DNA of 64,000 bases, from the IMG/VR virus record IMGVR_UViG_3300037110_000087, positions 62,001 to 126,000 of that record, one strand, 5' to 3'. Below, piece by piece: positions 1 through 10,299 of the stretch (the stretch's first letter is position 1; each line of letters begins with the position of its first letter). The notes below the pieces were generated by a model. That model searched no databases and was not told the DNA's origin. It worked only from the letters and a program-made list of their open reading frames with translations. The translations under genes were made by a program, and so were the position numbers.

Positions 1-1662
1 TATGTACCACAGCAATACACTTCCATCACCAATATTCAAGTAGTGACGATGACCAACAACCTCCCAGTCACTATGGGAGTGATTATCACCTGTGAGAACG
101 ACAACACCCTATCGGCTCCTCTAGCTAATGTAAATGTTTCCAAATCCGGGAACATTGAAGCCATTTATGATATGAGAGAACAGAGAATTCTGTTCGAGAA
201 AGAATCCAGTGATATCATTTATGAGGACTTCCATAATCCTCTTAATTTCGACCCAATTGAATCAAAATTTTCTGGTCGTGGACTAGAGAATGGAACCTGG
301 ATGAGTAGACCTTTCAAACTAGCTGCGGGAACTTATAGAATCGTCCTTTCTTTCGATGCTTATGATAATAATAGGCCACCTCAGTTCTATAATAACTTCT
401 TCACTTATGATATCACAAATACCCTGCATCAAAACCCTCAAACAGTAACTGGGGTCATTGGTGATGTTTACTTCGTTGAAATTGGTACCTTTTCAACTGA
501 TCCCGCTGGAGACTTAAACACCACTAGATTGATACTTCAGTGGGGAGATAATAACGCTTGGGTGATTCAGTCAGATATCAGTGGTAATAATTTCAGCTGG
601 TCTAATGGAATCGGAGCACCTGCTATTGGAATCACTTCAGGTGTCTATTACTTGGATACCGCCAATGTCAATTATTGGACTTTCAACAATGGAGCTTGGG
701 TAGAGATCTATAATTCAGCTACCGACAATGTGATTGATTCCTGTCGTGTGGGATATCGTGAGAATTTCTCTTCTCTTTCCCAGTTCAATCAAGAGGTCAC
801 AGCCGGATCCTATCAGTTGGGACCCACTAAACGAATTTACAGTTTCACCCTTACCCCGCAGGATGTTAATACTAATCTGCCTATTCCTGCTGATTGGTAC
901 CAATTTGTGGTATTAGTGCAGGGTGGTACCAGAGTTAGTGGTCTTTGGTTTGATACTAGTGTAGATGAAACAGCTATGCTAGCCGATTTGTCCTTATTGA
1001 AGAGCCAAATGGCCTTATTATCCAAACAGCAAGGGCCGGTGGGACCTCAGGGGCCGGTGGGTCCCGAAGGACCGGCAGGAGTGGGGCCAGCGGGGCCAGC
1101 GGGGCCAGCGGGGCCAGCGGGAACACCTGGAGATACAGGACCGGCAGGACCGGCAGGAGCACCAGGGCCAACCGGCGCGACCGGAGCAACGGGCGCAACG
1201 GGCGCGACCGGAGCAACGGGCGCAACGGGCGCTAATGCTGTCCCTTCTAGTCCCTGGTTGGCAGGTACTCTCGGACCTACTGCTGGATATTTCCCATTGA
1301 GCGTCAACGCTCTTGCTAGCTCCAATTTCCCTGATTTCTTCACCATTGGCACACAGACACTAACCGCGCTTCAACCCTGCACGGTCATGGTTAACTATCA
1401 ATGCGGAGTATACGGTGCAAACAACAGTTATGGCACAACTGCGTCGGTCCTCATTAATGGAACAGCTAGCCCCTTCGATAGTCAAGCGTATGCACTGTAT
1501 GGTCAGGACTTTGGTGAATCAAATATCTGGTCTAATACTCAGGTTATAATTCCTTGCGCCCAGGGTACAGTTTTAGCCTTCAAACAAGTGAATGCTTTTA
1601 GCCCATCGTACAATTTGGGACAGCGCATCAACATTGTTATTTTGAGTTCGTCCGCAAGTTAA
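1..1662 (+). CDS. Collagen-repeat virion structural/fibre protein, 5'-truncated by the window edge
   Basis: Frame is open from base 1 ([15 protein letters not shown] precedes the listed GTG at 43); about 22 Gly-X-Y triplets; G-x-GAP...YYLDT module shared with other fibre genes. Confidence 0.75.
   Translation, partial: YVPQQYTSITNIQVVTMTNNLPVTMGVIITCENDNTLSAPLANVNVSKSGNIEAIYDMREQRILFEKESSDIIYEDFHNPLNFDPIESKFSGRGLENGTWMSRPFKLAAGTYRIVLSFDAYDNNRPPQFYNNFFTYDITNTLHQNPQTVTGVIGDVYFVEIGTFSTDPAGDLNTTRLILQWGDNNAWVIQSDISGNNFSWSNGIGAPAIGITSGVYYLDTANVNYWTFNNGAWVEIYNSATDNVIDSCRVGYRENFSSLSQFNQEVTAGSYQLGPTKRIYSFTLTPQDVNTNLPIPADWYQFVVLVQGGTRVSGLWFDTSVDETAMLADLSLLKSQMALLSKQQGPVGPQGPVGPEGPAGVGPAGPAGPAGPAGTPGDTGPAGPAGAPGPTGATGATGATGATGATGATGANAVPSSPWLAGTLGPTAGYFPLSVNALASSNFPDFFTIGTQTLTALQPCTVMVNYQCGVYGANNSYGTTASVLINGTASPFDSQAYALYGQDFGESNIWSNTQVIIPCAQGTVLAFKQVNAFSPSYNLGQRINIVILSSSAS
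1033..1230 (+). repeat. Collagen-encoding tandem repeats (9-bp gggccagcg units; 27-bp ggcgcgaccggagcaacgggcgcaacg x2)
   Basis: Seen directly in the sequence. Confidence 0.9.
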
Positions 1663-1671
1663 TGCTATACT
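1642..1671 (+). promoter_or_regulatory. Possible sigma70-type promoter (TTGAgt-N18-TATACT, extended TG)
   Basis: TGC-TATACT at 1663-1671, upstream of SD AAGGAG of the next gene. Confidence 0.35.
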
Positions 1672-1689
1672 AATAAAAGGAGTCCCATT

Positions 1690-2085
1690 ATGCTTATTAA
1701 ATGCTGGTCAGAAGTCAACGAGGGAGTAAACCTAGCTCATATTTCCATTGATAATTTCTCTGGATCCGAGAAGACCCAGGCTGGTCAATTTGGGTCCATT
1801 CAGTTTAATCTTGGTGGTGTCTTTGCAGGTAGTATCGGGACTAGTGATAGTGATCCTAACCCTATCGTTGTCAATTTCGCCGTTGCTCCAATCCAGGCTG
1901 TAATTGATCCGAATGGAGAGGGCTACACTTACGATCGTACTTTCACTGTTTCTCCTGAAACTCCAGTCCCTGGAGCCGCAGCTACCTGTTTCTGTCAGGT
2001 CAATATGGCTAAGATCCAGGCAGCTGTCGCAGCATGGAAGGCATTAACTTCAGCATATGCTGTAAACATTCAGCAGACCGTATAA
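1690..2085 (+). CDS. Hypothetical protein, probably virion-associated
   Basis: ORF with SD; beta-rich composition; structural neighbourhood. Confidence 0.6.
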   Translation: MLIKCWSEVNEGVNLAHISIDNFSGSEKTQAGQFGSIQFNLGGVFAGSIGTSDSDPNPIVVNFAVAPIQAVIDPNGEGYTYDRTFTVSPETPVPGAAATCFCQVNMAKIQAAVAAWKALTSAYAVNIQQTV

Positions 2086-2095
2086 GAGGTATATT

Positions 2096-3013
2096 TTGAC
2101 TCAGATCCGCTACGTAGGCATCAATGATGATGTAACACAGGAAATGCTACTGATGGTGAGTAGGGCATCAGCCATTTCTAGAGTCATTTCTGGGATGAAC
2201 GCCACTATTCAAGATACTGGAACTCCAGGATCCTTGAATATCAATGTAGCGGCTGGGAACTTAGTCATGCCTGATGGGATGATCATCCAAGAAACTACTG
2301 ATATATCTGTTCCCCTGACAATCGATACGACCATGGGACCAGTTGCCTATCAAGGAACTTTAGTAGCGGAGAAGGGCCTTGGGCAAGGGGCCTTAGAGGA
2401 TGTTGTCATCTATAACGTAATCCTTGGTCTTCACTTCTCAGATACTCTGCCTCAGATACCGGGCCGGATCAGAATGCCCATGGCTTTGATTGTTAAGAAC
2501 ACAGGAGGAATTACTGCCGCTAATTTCTTGACCAAAGATCTTGGTTCTCGTTCTAAAGCCTTCTTTACTGATGAATTTGTTCCTCCTCTACCAATCATTG
2601 ATAGCACTACAGGTATGAACGCCAATGTGATCTTGCAGACTCCTAATTTAGTTCACAGCTTGATTCCTGGTACCAATCAAACTTATTTCCTTCCGGTTAA
2701 TAGTGACGCCGATAGTTTTATATCCAATATCTCATTCCAAGGGACTTGCCCCAGTGGTAATTGTGCTCTAGTAATTACCAGCTTGTCCTATGGGTCTACC
2801 TATTCCAATCTGGTGAATGTAGCGCTATCCTTTGGATCAACTGTCGCTCCAGTTCAGTCCTTCTATTATCCCTATGGTTCGAAAGTGTTCTCTGATGTAC
2901 TCCAGATTCAAGTGGTGAATCTTAACAACATCTGGGCAGCGTCGAATTCGTTCAATCCTTTCTATCTTTCTGGTGTCAATGTAAACAGAATCAACTTGTT
3001 CTCATTAGTTTAA
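2096..3013 (+). CDS. Putative baseplate/fibre-associated structural protein
   Basis: TTG start with SD GAGG; N-terminal 'LNINVAAGNLVMPDGMIIQET' resembles phage fibre-attachment domains. Confidence 0.5.
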   Translation: MTQIRYVGINDDVTQEMLLMVSRASAISRVISGMNATIQDTGTPGSLNINVAAGNLVMPDGMIIQETTDISVPLTIDTTMGPVAYQGTLVAEKGLGQGALEDVVIYNVILGLHFSDTLPQIPGRIRMPMALIVKNTGGITAANFLTKDLGSRSKAFFTDEFVPPLPIIDSTTGMNANVILQTPNLVHSLIPGTNQTYFLPVNSDADSFISNISFQGTCPSGNCALVITSLSYGSTYSNLVNVALSFGSTVAPVQSFYYPYGSKVFSDVLQIQVVNLNNIWAASNSFNPFYLSGVNVNRINLFSLV

Positions 3014-3023
3014 CGGAGTTCAC

Positions 3024-3455
3024 TTGCCAGTATTTACGGTCTGTAAGTTCATTAAGAATACAGAGGGTCATGACAACAAATTTCCTTTTGTCAGTCGGAC
3101 TCTTGGTAAGATCGTAATTCCTACATTAAATGATCTTAGTGTTGATTTAAATGAGACTTTTGAGACTTTTTGGGTAACAGAGATCAAGGGCGAAACAAAA
3201 CCTGCCAATAAGGGTGTAATCATTGGTAGACCCTTATTCCCAGTCAAGGCAGTTCCTCTAGCTTCTGAAATGTTCACAGTAGTAGTCGAAAACCACTGGG
3301 TTTATTTGCGCTTAATCGAGTCAACATTGCGAGTTCCTTACTATATCCCTCATACCATCAAAGATCCTTTCATCGACAAAAAGTCGGGTGGATCAGTGAT
3401 CTGCGTTCCCTACACAATTGAAGATATTCGGTGTTGGGAAAAGAACTGTCTATAA
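3024..3455 (+). CDS. Hypothetical protein
   Basis: 143-aa ORF, TTG start after GGAG. Confidence 0.6.
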   Translation: MPVFTVCKFIKNTEGHDNKFPFVSRTLGKIVIPTLNDLSVDLNETFETFWVTEIKGETKPANKGVIIGRPLFPVKAVPLASEMFTVVVENHWVYLRLIESTLRVPYYIPHTIKDPFIDKKSGGSVICVPYTIEDIRCWEKNCL

Positions 3456-3482
3456 GGAAAATCATGCAACAAGGAGGATAAA

Positions 3483-3866
3483 ATGCTTTTGGTCAAGACC
3501 TACGTCAGTGTCTCAGATATTGCTGGAGTTGGTTTGTTTGCTGGGGAGGACCTCCCAAAAGGGACTCTCGTTTGGAGAGAGAACCCCGCAATTGACATTA
3601 GCTTTAAATCCTTTAACTCCCTGCATCTGTCTACTGAGAGCAGGAAACAGTTAGAAGCGTTTACCTACTTTGATGCAAATAGAGAAGTGTATATTCTATG
3701 TGGCGACAATGCCAGATTCATGAATCACAGCGAAGAACCTAACTGTGATGAATTTGAAGATGATGGATTCGGGATCCCTGTGACCCAGGCCAATAGGGAT
3801 ATTAAAGCCGGTGAAGAACTCACCATTGACTATCGGCAGATTCATACTGGTGATCTAGGTTTCTGA
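3483..3866 (+). CDS. SET-domain protein-lysine methyltransferase (bacterial type)
   Basis: GVGLFA, RFMNHSEEPN and RDIKAGEELTIDY signature motifs; SD AGGAGG. Confidence 0.9.
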   Translation: MLLVKTYVSVSDIAGVGLFAGEDLPKGTLVWRENPAIDISFKSFNSLHLSTESRKQLEAFTYFDANREVYILCGDNARFMNHSEEPNCDEFEDDGFGIPVTQANRDIKAGEELTIDYRQIHTGDLGF

Positions 3867-4124
3867 TTTTTCAAAGACTCTACCATTGGGAAACTCTACT
3901 CTGACCTTCTCGCCATTCAGAAACCAAGCTCGATAATTTAGAAGTGGGTCCACTATGGCAGGACCGTCCTCTCTGTGCAGTGCACCATGAAGATACCAAG
4001 CTTCTGCCCCATTACTGCAGATTAGGGCGGGTCCATTAATGCGATGCCATGCTCCGCTCTCAGTGTGCTCTTCTCTGGTGATCTCTCTCCCAGTTGGCTC
4101 TTTGTACTTTTTAGTCTCAATCAT
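3855..4124 (-). CDS. Small protein with HRxxGPA repeats
   Basis: HRINGPA and LHREDGPA repeats followed by WYLHG/WFLNG, a repeat family common in large viruses. Confidence 0.8.
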   Translation of the reverse strand: MIETKKYKEPTGREITREEHTESGAWHRINGPALICSNGAEAWYLHGALHREDGPAIVDPLLNYRAWFLNGEKVRVEFPNGRVFEKSET

Positions 4125-5380
4125 TACAGTAAGAACCGTTGTCCAACCTGATCTGACAGGGTTCCTGCCATTCCAAGTCCCTTTCTGAGAATATCCAGAC
4201 GAGACAGAGCATGCTGGTAAAACTGCTGTCTGATTCCGACAAGTGCGGTCTTCTGAGTTCTTCTTAAGACTAGCTCCTTTGAGGAGGGGAGCTTCTCATT
4301 GATCTCATGCAAGTAAGTATCAATCATGCCACCCAGGGCAGAACTAGGGTCATAGTCTAAGGTGATAGTCTGACCGGAGAAGGCAAATCCTAAATCGCTA
4401 TACATGTTGACCTGGGACTGCAGACCCACTAGACAAGCTGCTGTGACAAGGAAGTGACTGAGGTCTAGACCTCCCCACCATTGTCCACCTATAGGGAAGT
4501 TCTGCAGATTCCAATTAGTAATTTGAGGAGGGGCTATATTGATCATAGCGATCCCTCTCAGTAAGTATTCATGGACATCACCCATACTATAATGAGAAAC
4601 TAGAGTCTGCTTTTTTCTTGCCTTATCTAGAATAGTCATAACTGAGGGATACAGACGCCAATAATTATTAGCGACAATATGGGCCAGCACTATTTCATAC
4701 TGAACACCATGTTTGGAAGGAATTCGATATGAAAATCTAAAAATATAACGACCGGGTTGCCATTTACCAAAGTGCAAAAGACGACGAGGCATCCCACCAT
4801 CCAAATATCCATGTTTGGGAATGTGTCCACCATGGCTCTTGTCATGAGGATTGCCCTGGTGGAGGTCAAGACTTTCTCTAGTGTCAAACTCGATCTCATA
4901 AGTGTAGCCAGCGTTATTGGCATAGGTATTGAAGTCGCTGATTTCCGTAGTACTGAAAATAGAGTGGTCACCCTCGTCGATAATCTCTAATTCGACAGAA
5001 GTGGCCTTTTCAGGTAGACAAAATGAAACCGTTGATTTGAAATCCTCGGGTAACAGTAGGAATCGTTCCGGAAGTTCTTCAGTCTCTTCCACTACGTCAA
5101 ATTCTGTGACAATGTTGATGACCGTACCTTCGTCGGTGACAAAGCTCCAATCAATTGTCCAGCTTTTGTCTGCTGTTGATAGAGCAGCATCCATAGGGAC
5201 GATGAAAGTAACCTGCCAATTTCCACTGTCATAATTGACGCTGGCTGGACCCTGCCACTGTAGTACGCCATTGAGATCTTTGATGCAAACGTCTACTCTC
5301 TTAGCAATCGGAACGAATGTCCCATCTGCATTCTTGAGAATCTTCTCGAAAGTGATTGGTTGCCCTCTGTTTACTTTCAT
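4124..5380 (-). CDS. Putative head-tail adaptor/neck protein
   Basis: C-terminal 'LRGIAMINIAPPQITNW...FAFSGQTITLDYD' pattern typical of jumbo-phage adaptor proteins; N-terminal Ig-like part. Confidence 0.55.
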   Translation of the reverse strand: MKVNRGQPITFEKILKNADGTFVPIAKRVDVCIKDLNGVLQWQGPASVNYDSGNWQVTFIVPMDAALSTADKSWTIDWSFVTDEGTVINIVTEFDVVEETEELPERFLLLPEDFKSTVSFCLPEKATSVELEIIDEGDHSIFSTTEISDFNTYANNAGYTYEIEFDTRESLDLHQGNPHDKSHGGHIPKHGYLDGGMPRRLLHFGKWQPGRYIFRFSYRIPSKHGVQYEIVLAHIVANNYWRLYPSVMTILDKARKKQTLVSHYSMGDVHEYLLRGIAMINIAPPQITNWNLQNFPIGGQWWGGLDLSHFLVTAACLVGLQSQVNMYSDLGFAFSGQTITLDYDPSSALGGMIDTYLHEINEKLPSSKELVLRRTQKTALVGIRQQFYQHALSRLDILRKGLGMAGTLSDQVGQRFLL

Positions 5381-5389
5381 TCACACACC

Positions 5390-6229
5390 TTAGCCCAAAA
5401 TGGTAACATAATTCATTGCTGTAAATTTCACGCCTAGAAGTTCTTTGTGTTCCTTAACTTTACCTCTGATCTTGATTTTACTGCCGACTGCAATAGTAGG
5501 CATCTGCTTATCCAGATTATAGGCCATGAATTTGTTATCTTGAGCATCCTTCATCTTGAATAGAATAATCGGTTCTTCATTATAGACCTTATTATCCATC
5601 CGATATATTTCAACATCCACTGTGATGGGTTTGCCTACTTCGCCCTGGAATTGACTAGCTGAAGTCTCTTGGTTCTTCTTGGTCACTTCCTGGAAGTATA
5701 GATCAGAGAAGAACTTAATTGCTAGATTAGCTGGGCTATCGGCATATTTGGGATCGGCATTCTTGTTCAACCATGCGAAATAGCTTGGATTCTCTAAATA
5801 AACCTTCGCCATGGACAGACCACGATATTTGCCGAAGGTGAATTTAATCTCCTTCTGGGTCTTGCCAATCAGACCATGGCGAGTATCCTCACTGATTAAC
5901 TCAAGCTTGGCCATATTTGGGATGATCTCCATGGCCTTCCTGACTGCAGTAAGCATATCAGTTGATAAATTGCAAAAATACACGGGATTCTTAATCACGC
6001 TCATGAACCTAGGATCAATATCCTTATATCGCCATAGGGTATAGAAAACCTGATATTTGCCAGAGACATCAATGTAATAAAAACCTGGAATTGATTTATC
6101 TATTGTCTGGTTGTGTTCATTCATAAGAGCATAGGCTTGTTGTCTAGTCTCTTCTGGGATATCTTTCCACTCTAGTCTAGCCGCTGCAGCCTGACTCTGG
6201 ATACCGGCCCGAAGGAAAAGTTTAGCCAT
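5390..6229 (-). CDS. Leader-bearing protein with an FGKYRG (DUF3820/ExoX-C-like) motif and a C-terminal OB-fold-like domain
   Basis: Restarted at MAKLFLRA (ATG 6229, GGGGTG upstream), which removes the overlap with the upstream gene; IKFTFGKYRG...NPSYFAWL; GEVGK...KIRGKVKEH. Confidence 0.6.
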   Translation of the reverse strand: MAKLFLRAGIQSQAAAARLEWKDIPEETRQQAYALMNEHNQTIDKSIPGFYYIDVSGKYQVFYTLWRYKDIDPRFMSVIKNPVYFCNLSTDMLTAVRKAMEIIPNMAKLELISEDTRHGLIGKTQKEIKFTFGKYRGLSMAKVYLENPSYFAWLNKNADPKYADSPANLAIKFFSDLYFQEVTKKNQETSASQFQGEVGKPITVDVEIYRMDNKVYNEEPIILFKMKDAQDNKFMAYNLDKQMPTIAVGSKIKIRGKVKEHKELLGVKFTAMNYVTILG

Positions 6230-6293
6230 TAAACACCCCGTACCTTTAATTTTAACAGATACGAATTGGCCTCCGCTTACGGAGGCCAATTGT

Positions 6294-6713
6294 TTACCAT
6301 ATGCCTTGCTGTCGTGGCTTGGGGGGTTTGGGGGGTAGAGGCGGGATCTCATGGATTTTAAATCGTTCTATTGCCGCGATTACCTGTGCATTAGAAGGTG
6401 CAAAAGACTTGAATCTAATGTCCTGCTCAGTTTGTTCGTCCATTGTCTTCATCGTCTGCTGATAAACTGCACAATCAATAAAATTAGTCACGGCCTGATG
6501 AGGAGTAGTACCATAAGCTAGTAAATAATCGAATTGAGCATCCAGTAAGGAAGTTGGTAGATCTTTCGCGAGACTGGAGTATTTTCCAGTAACTGGAATC
6601 CATTTGTACAATTCATATTGATGATCAGGATTCCATACTTCTCTAAAATTGGCGACTACCGTCCCATGAGTGAAATGAATTAGATAGCCAGTTTCGGTCT
6701 TAGTTACTTCCAT
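6294..6713 (-). CDS. Hypothetical protein with Pro-rich C-terminus
   Basis: ORF translationally coupled to the upstream gene. Confidence 0.65.
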   Translation of the reverse strand: MEVTKTETGYLIHFTHGTVVANFREVWNPDHQYELYKWIPVTGKYSSLAKDLPTSLLDAQFDYLLAYGTTPHQAVTNFIDCAVYQQTMKTMDEQTEQDIRFKSFAPSNAQVIAAIERFKIHEIPPLPPKPPKPRQQGIW

Positions 6714-7696
6714 TAAAACTCCTTAATAATAGGAATACATTGTTCCTGGATCGCATTAATCTGAATCTTCGCTGCCCAGTCTGTGATCCATTCCCTGTCA
6801 GGCTTGTCTTGGAGAGTGCTGATCTCTAATTCCACGTTCAGTGTCCGCAATAGTTCATCAAGAATGTCAGCTATTTCAGGAGTGGAATATTTTCCTCCTC
6901 TGATATCCAAGAGGAGTGGGGCCTCTGGCCGGGGAAAGGTGATCTTTCCGGTCCTTAGTAATTCAATAGCCTCACTGGTGATCCGAGCGGCATGATACAT
7001 GGCCTTGTAGTCTTTGCCATCTGATTCTGCGGCAGTCTTTGCCCTTTCTCCATATTTGGATAGCATGCCCTCAAGTGGTCCAACCCACAGATTGAATGCA
7101 GTATCATCACCGAAACTCTTACCACATACTTCAATCAGGTGAGTGATATGGTTGGTCGTTCCTCTCTTATCTTCCCAAATGCGGACACCCGCTCTTGTTT
7201 TGAACTCATCACAAAGGAATTGGAATTCCTTTTTGGATGGAACCCGATTCTGATCACCCTGTCTACGAATCAGTGCCACATATTTGATGAACTCATTGAG
7301 AGTGTTGAGTCGTTCACCCTTAAGACTGTATTTGACAGCCTGTCCCCTGGCGTATCCCGCGAAGGGTCCAATATGCTTACTAATTACCTTGTCGCGATTG
7401 GCAATCAAATTCTCCCATTCTGGAGAACTACAGATCCATTTATCTTCAGGAGTGAATAACATATCCATTGCCACAGTCTGGGCCTGTATCAGCAGACTGC
7501 CAAATTTCTGGACATGGAAGAACTCCTCCTCGATCTTAGTGTCACCATGAGGGGTAACAGTGGCAGGAGGTTCAGTCTGACCACGTACGAATTCATCCAG
7601 GGAACTGACAAAGACCGTTTTATAATCGAAATCGCTACCCTCAACATTGACCCCGTAGAGTCGGCTACCAAAAACCGTCTTAATAATGGTTCTCAT
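6713..7696 (-). CDS. RlaP/Nuc-transf-like nucleotidyltransferase
   Basis: FGSRLYG...SDFD motif; YKAMYHAARI...GKITFPRPEAPLLLDIRGG C-terminal helix bundle. Confidence 0.85.
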   Translation of the reverse strand: MRTIIKTVFGSRLYGVNVEGSDFDYKTVFVSSLDEFVRGQTEPPATVTPHGDTKIEEEFFHVQKFGSLLIQAQTVAMDMLFTPEDKWICSSPEWENLIANRDKVISKHIGPFAGYARGQAVKYSLKGERLNTLNEFIKYVALIRRQGDQNRVPSKKEFQFLCDEFKTRAGVRIWEDKRGTTNHITHLIEVCGKSFGDDTAFNLWVGPLEGMLSKYGERAKTAAESDGKDYKAMYHAARITSEAIELLRTGKITFPRPEAPLLLDIRGGKYSTPEIADILDELLRTLNVELEISTLQDKPDREWITDWAAKIQINAIQEQCIPIIKEF

Positions 7697-7941
7697 CCTA
7701 TTACATTCCTATTGCAAGTTCCCGTTCCCTGAAGGAAATGGACCGGCCATTCTACTGTTTGCGGGTGCTGTACAGATAACCAGTCCAAGACTGCCTGCAA
7801 GTTCGACATATCTGGCCGTTGATCCCTTGGGACATCAGCCCACATGAAACTCAACTTAGCAGTAGGGCAAGGTTTTACCGCATATTGACCACCAATGTGC
7901 CTTACTTCCCAATAATCCTTAATTCTCAATTGATTCTCCAT
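7693..7941 (-). CDS. Hypothetical protein
   Basis: Coupled ORF in the operon. Confidence 0.6.
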   Translation of the reverse strand: MENQLRIKDYWEVRHIGGQYAVKPCPTAKLSFMWADVPRDQRPDMSNLQAVLDWLSVQHPQTVEWPVHFLQGTGTCNRNVIG

Positions 7942-8308
7942 CCCACATCAGATCAGGGACATTTGGATAAATTCCCATAATTTTTTCAATTTCACAAGTA
8001 AGATTCTGGCCAATTGCAATAGGATCACACCAATTTAAATCTGCTTCATAGATATTATCCCAGATGAGAGAGCCGTCTTCCAATTTACGACGTAGGTCTT
8101 TTCCAACTTCTGAACTAGGATCAAGACAGACCACTATGGCTCTAATTAGACAGTCTTGTACATCCCTCATTGTGATACCCTTGACTTCTTGTTTTCCGCG
8201 TCCTCCACTGTCAGTATGTGGCTGACCATCATAGGGTCTATCATGATCCATAGAAACAGCGGAACTCCCCATGGTAGCGCGGATAGCATTTTCGAGAAAT
8301 TCCTTCAT
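7919..8308 (-). CDS. Conserved hypothetical phage protein (RPYDGQPHT...RGKQEVKGITMRD)
   Basis: Start moved to MKEFLE (ATGA overlap with the upstream stop); motif recognised from phage hypotheticals. Confidence 0.65.
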   Translation of the reverse strand: MKEFLENAIRATMGSSAVSMDHDRPYDGQPHTDSGGRGKQEVKGITMRDVQDCLIRAIVVCLDPSSEVGKDLRRKLEDGSLIWDNIYEADLNWCDPIAIGQNLTCEIEKIMGIYPNVPDLMWDGESIEN

Positions 8309-8862
8309 ATGTCCCCCTGGTTGACACTTTTCATTCTCCAAATTACTTCTTCAAGATTTTTACCTTTATAAACAACTGCATTGGGATGATAAAAATCTTC
8401 GTTGTTAGGATGCAGAGGCAGAATTGCCAGACCAAGTGGGTGATTATTAAGCCATCCAATCACATAATCAGGCCAATCATCCACTAGAATATGACCCTGG
8501 GCCTTACTCTTATCATGAGTGATTGTGACTCCAGTCTTGGGGCAGTGCTGGTTGCACCACATCAGTTTTTCTGCCCAGGCACCGGGCTTAGTCTGAGGTC
8601 CTTTGGATAGGATGGACCGATTCATTCCAAGATTCTCTGCTGCTTCAAAGATATCCCATCCAAGCTTGAATTTCTCCAACTTCACCCACCATCCTAATTG
8701 AGAAGTAATGGTATGTCTTCTCTGATCTAGATACTCAGGCATTTCATAATAAAGCGACTCAAAATCTGGTTCAAAAGGGGAGGCTAATCTCTTTAGGTCT
8801 ACTTTGAGTGCCTTATCATAATCGACAAGAGTTCCGTCTAGATCAAATAGAATATCTACCAT
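8305..8862 (-). CDS. HAD-superfamily 5'(3')-nucleotidase-like protein
   Basis: ILFDLDGTL motif I; ILVDD motif IV; K-x-x-W-C-x-x-H segment. Confidence 0.85.
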   Translation of the reverse strand: MVDILFDLDGTLVDYDKALKVDLKRLASPFEPDFESLYYEMPEYLDQRRHTITSQLGWWVKLEKFKLGWDIFEAAENLGMNRSILSKGPQTKPGAWAEKLMWCNQHCPKTGVTITHDKSKAQGHILVDDWPDYVIGWLNNHPLGLAILPLHPNNEDFYHPNAVVYKGKNLEEVIWRMKSVNQGDI

Positions 8863-10208
8863 TAGATCATTCCATCATCGTCGGCTCTACCCTTCTTAGC
8901 ACGACGCTTTTCGAGTTCAGCGGCCTGTTCCAAAGCAATTACTTCTTCAGGACTAACAACATCAGCAACACCTGTGGTCTGGACGACACCAAGGATCTCT
9001 AACTGAGCAACAGTAAGACTGCCACCCCAAGCCGCTCCGGTGAATAACTGCTTGACGAACACTTCCCACATGTTCTTTTCACGCAGGACCTGTCCCATGT
9101 CGTCCTTCATGTACTTGCGGGTGGTGTTGAGATCAGGGCGACCAATAATCTCTAATTCATACCAAGCTCCATTCTGCTTGATCTGGCCAGTAACTAGACC
9201 AAAATTCCACATATCGGACATCTTGGAATAGCCTTTACCCATGATTGACATAATGTCGTACTTACGACCAGTAATATTAGCCCAACGACACTTTCTGGAA
9301 GTGACCTTCATATTGTATTGAGTGAGTTCTTCACCAGCCTCAAGCAGCTGCTCGTCCTTGCCCTCTCTGCTGATCCGGAAATTGCCAGAAGCATAGAAAT
9401 AAGGAGACTCACCACCCTTGGTAGTTTCAGGAGATCCAAATAGCACCATTGGCTTGAGCCGGGTCTGATTGACCATCAGGGTGACAGCACCAACCTTATT
9501 ATTCACTACTACGCAAATAGGAAGATATTGGGAGAGCAAACGAGCCAACCAAGCCTGCTGCCCACTCTCGTCTTCAAGCAGCTGCTTGGGAACAAGTAAG
9601 GCAATAGAGTCAATGGCAGTAAACGGAGCGACATATTGATCTAGCAGACCAGCTTCCTCGTGAGCCTTATACCACCCCATAGCAAAGTTCCGGTAATAAT
9701 AGAACCAGTCTTCTCCGTTTTCCGGATAGAACACATTAATCTTGGTAGGGTCAACCCCGCAGCCCTGAACGAAGCCCTCAGTTAAACCACCCTCAGCGTC
9801 ACAGAATACGATTGGGCGGTCTAGAAGTTCTCCATATACTTCCGAACCCCCAGGAAGATAGTTCGGAAGGCTTCCCATGCCCAGCTTACCTAGGCTAGGA
9901 CAATAAAATTGGTTAGCCGCAGCGGCACGATAGCACATCGTAGACTTTCCTGAGCCAGAAGGTCCGAAGAGATGCTGGAGATGCTTAGGTAGGAACCCGC
10001 CATTAAACACAAAATCAAGGAAGATACTACCAGTCCCGAGAGCAGTTGGGATGCGGCCAAAAATTGGTACTAGGTTGCTTTGAAGAGTCCCACCAAGGCC
10101 CTTTTTTGAAACCATTAGAATATCGCCAAAACTGGGCAGATTCTTCTTTTCTTTTAATACAGGCACAGGCAGATCCTGAGCGTCCTTCTTCTTCTTAGCT
10201 TCAGCCAT
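8862..10208 (-). CDS. recA: RecA/UvsX-like recombinase
   Basis: Walker A GPSGSGKST, DAEG, Walker B AIDSIA, NQTR...FGSPETTKGG. Confidence 0.9.
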   Translation of the reverse strand: MAEAKKKKDAQDLPVPVLKEKKNLPSFGDILMVSKKGLGGTLQSNLVPIFGRIPTALGTGSIFLDFVFNGGFLPKHLQHLFGPSGSGKSTMCYRAAAANQFYCPSLGKLGMGSLPNYLPGGSEVYGELLDRPIVFCDAEGGLTEGFVQGCGVDPTKINVFYPENGEDWFYYYRNFAMGWYKAHEEAGLLDQYVAPFTAIDSIALLVPKQLLEDESGQQAWLARLLSQYLPICVVVNNKVGAVTLMVNQTRLKPMVLFGSPETTKGGESPYFYASGNFRISREGKDEQLLEAGEELTQYNMKVTSRKCRWANITGRKYDIMSIMGKGYSKMSDMWNFGLVTGQIKQNGAWYELEIIGRPDLNTTRKYMKDDMGQVLREKNMWEVFVKQLFTGAAWGGSLTVAQLEILGVVQTTGVADVVSPEEVIALEQAAELEKRRAKKGRADDDGMI

Positions 10209-10299
10209 TATAGGACTCCGTGGTATTCTATATTATTAACCACATTCAAGTTACCGAAATATGTTAAAATTAAGAGAATTATGAAAAACCCTCCCCGAC

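Noticed and set aside
974-1352. Antisense Pro/Ala/Val-rich ORFs opposite collagen repeats (also 43442-43774, 42160-42489, 46743-46991)
   Set aside because: Shadow frames produced by the repeats; no SD or independent coding signal.
3483-3866. Eukaryotic giant virus origin suggested by SET, collagen and HREDGPA repeats
   Set aside because: SD motifs, sigma70 promoters, coupled operons, an HK97 capsid and a sheath/tube pair indicate a bacteriophage.
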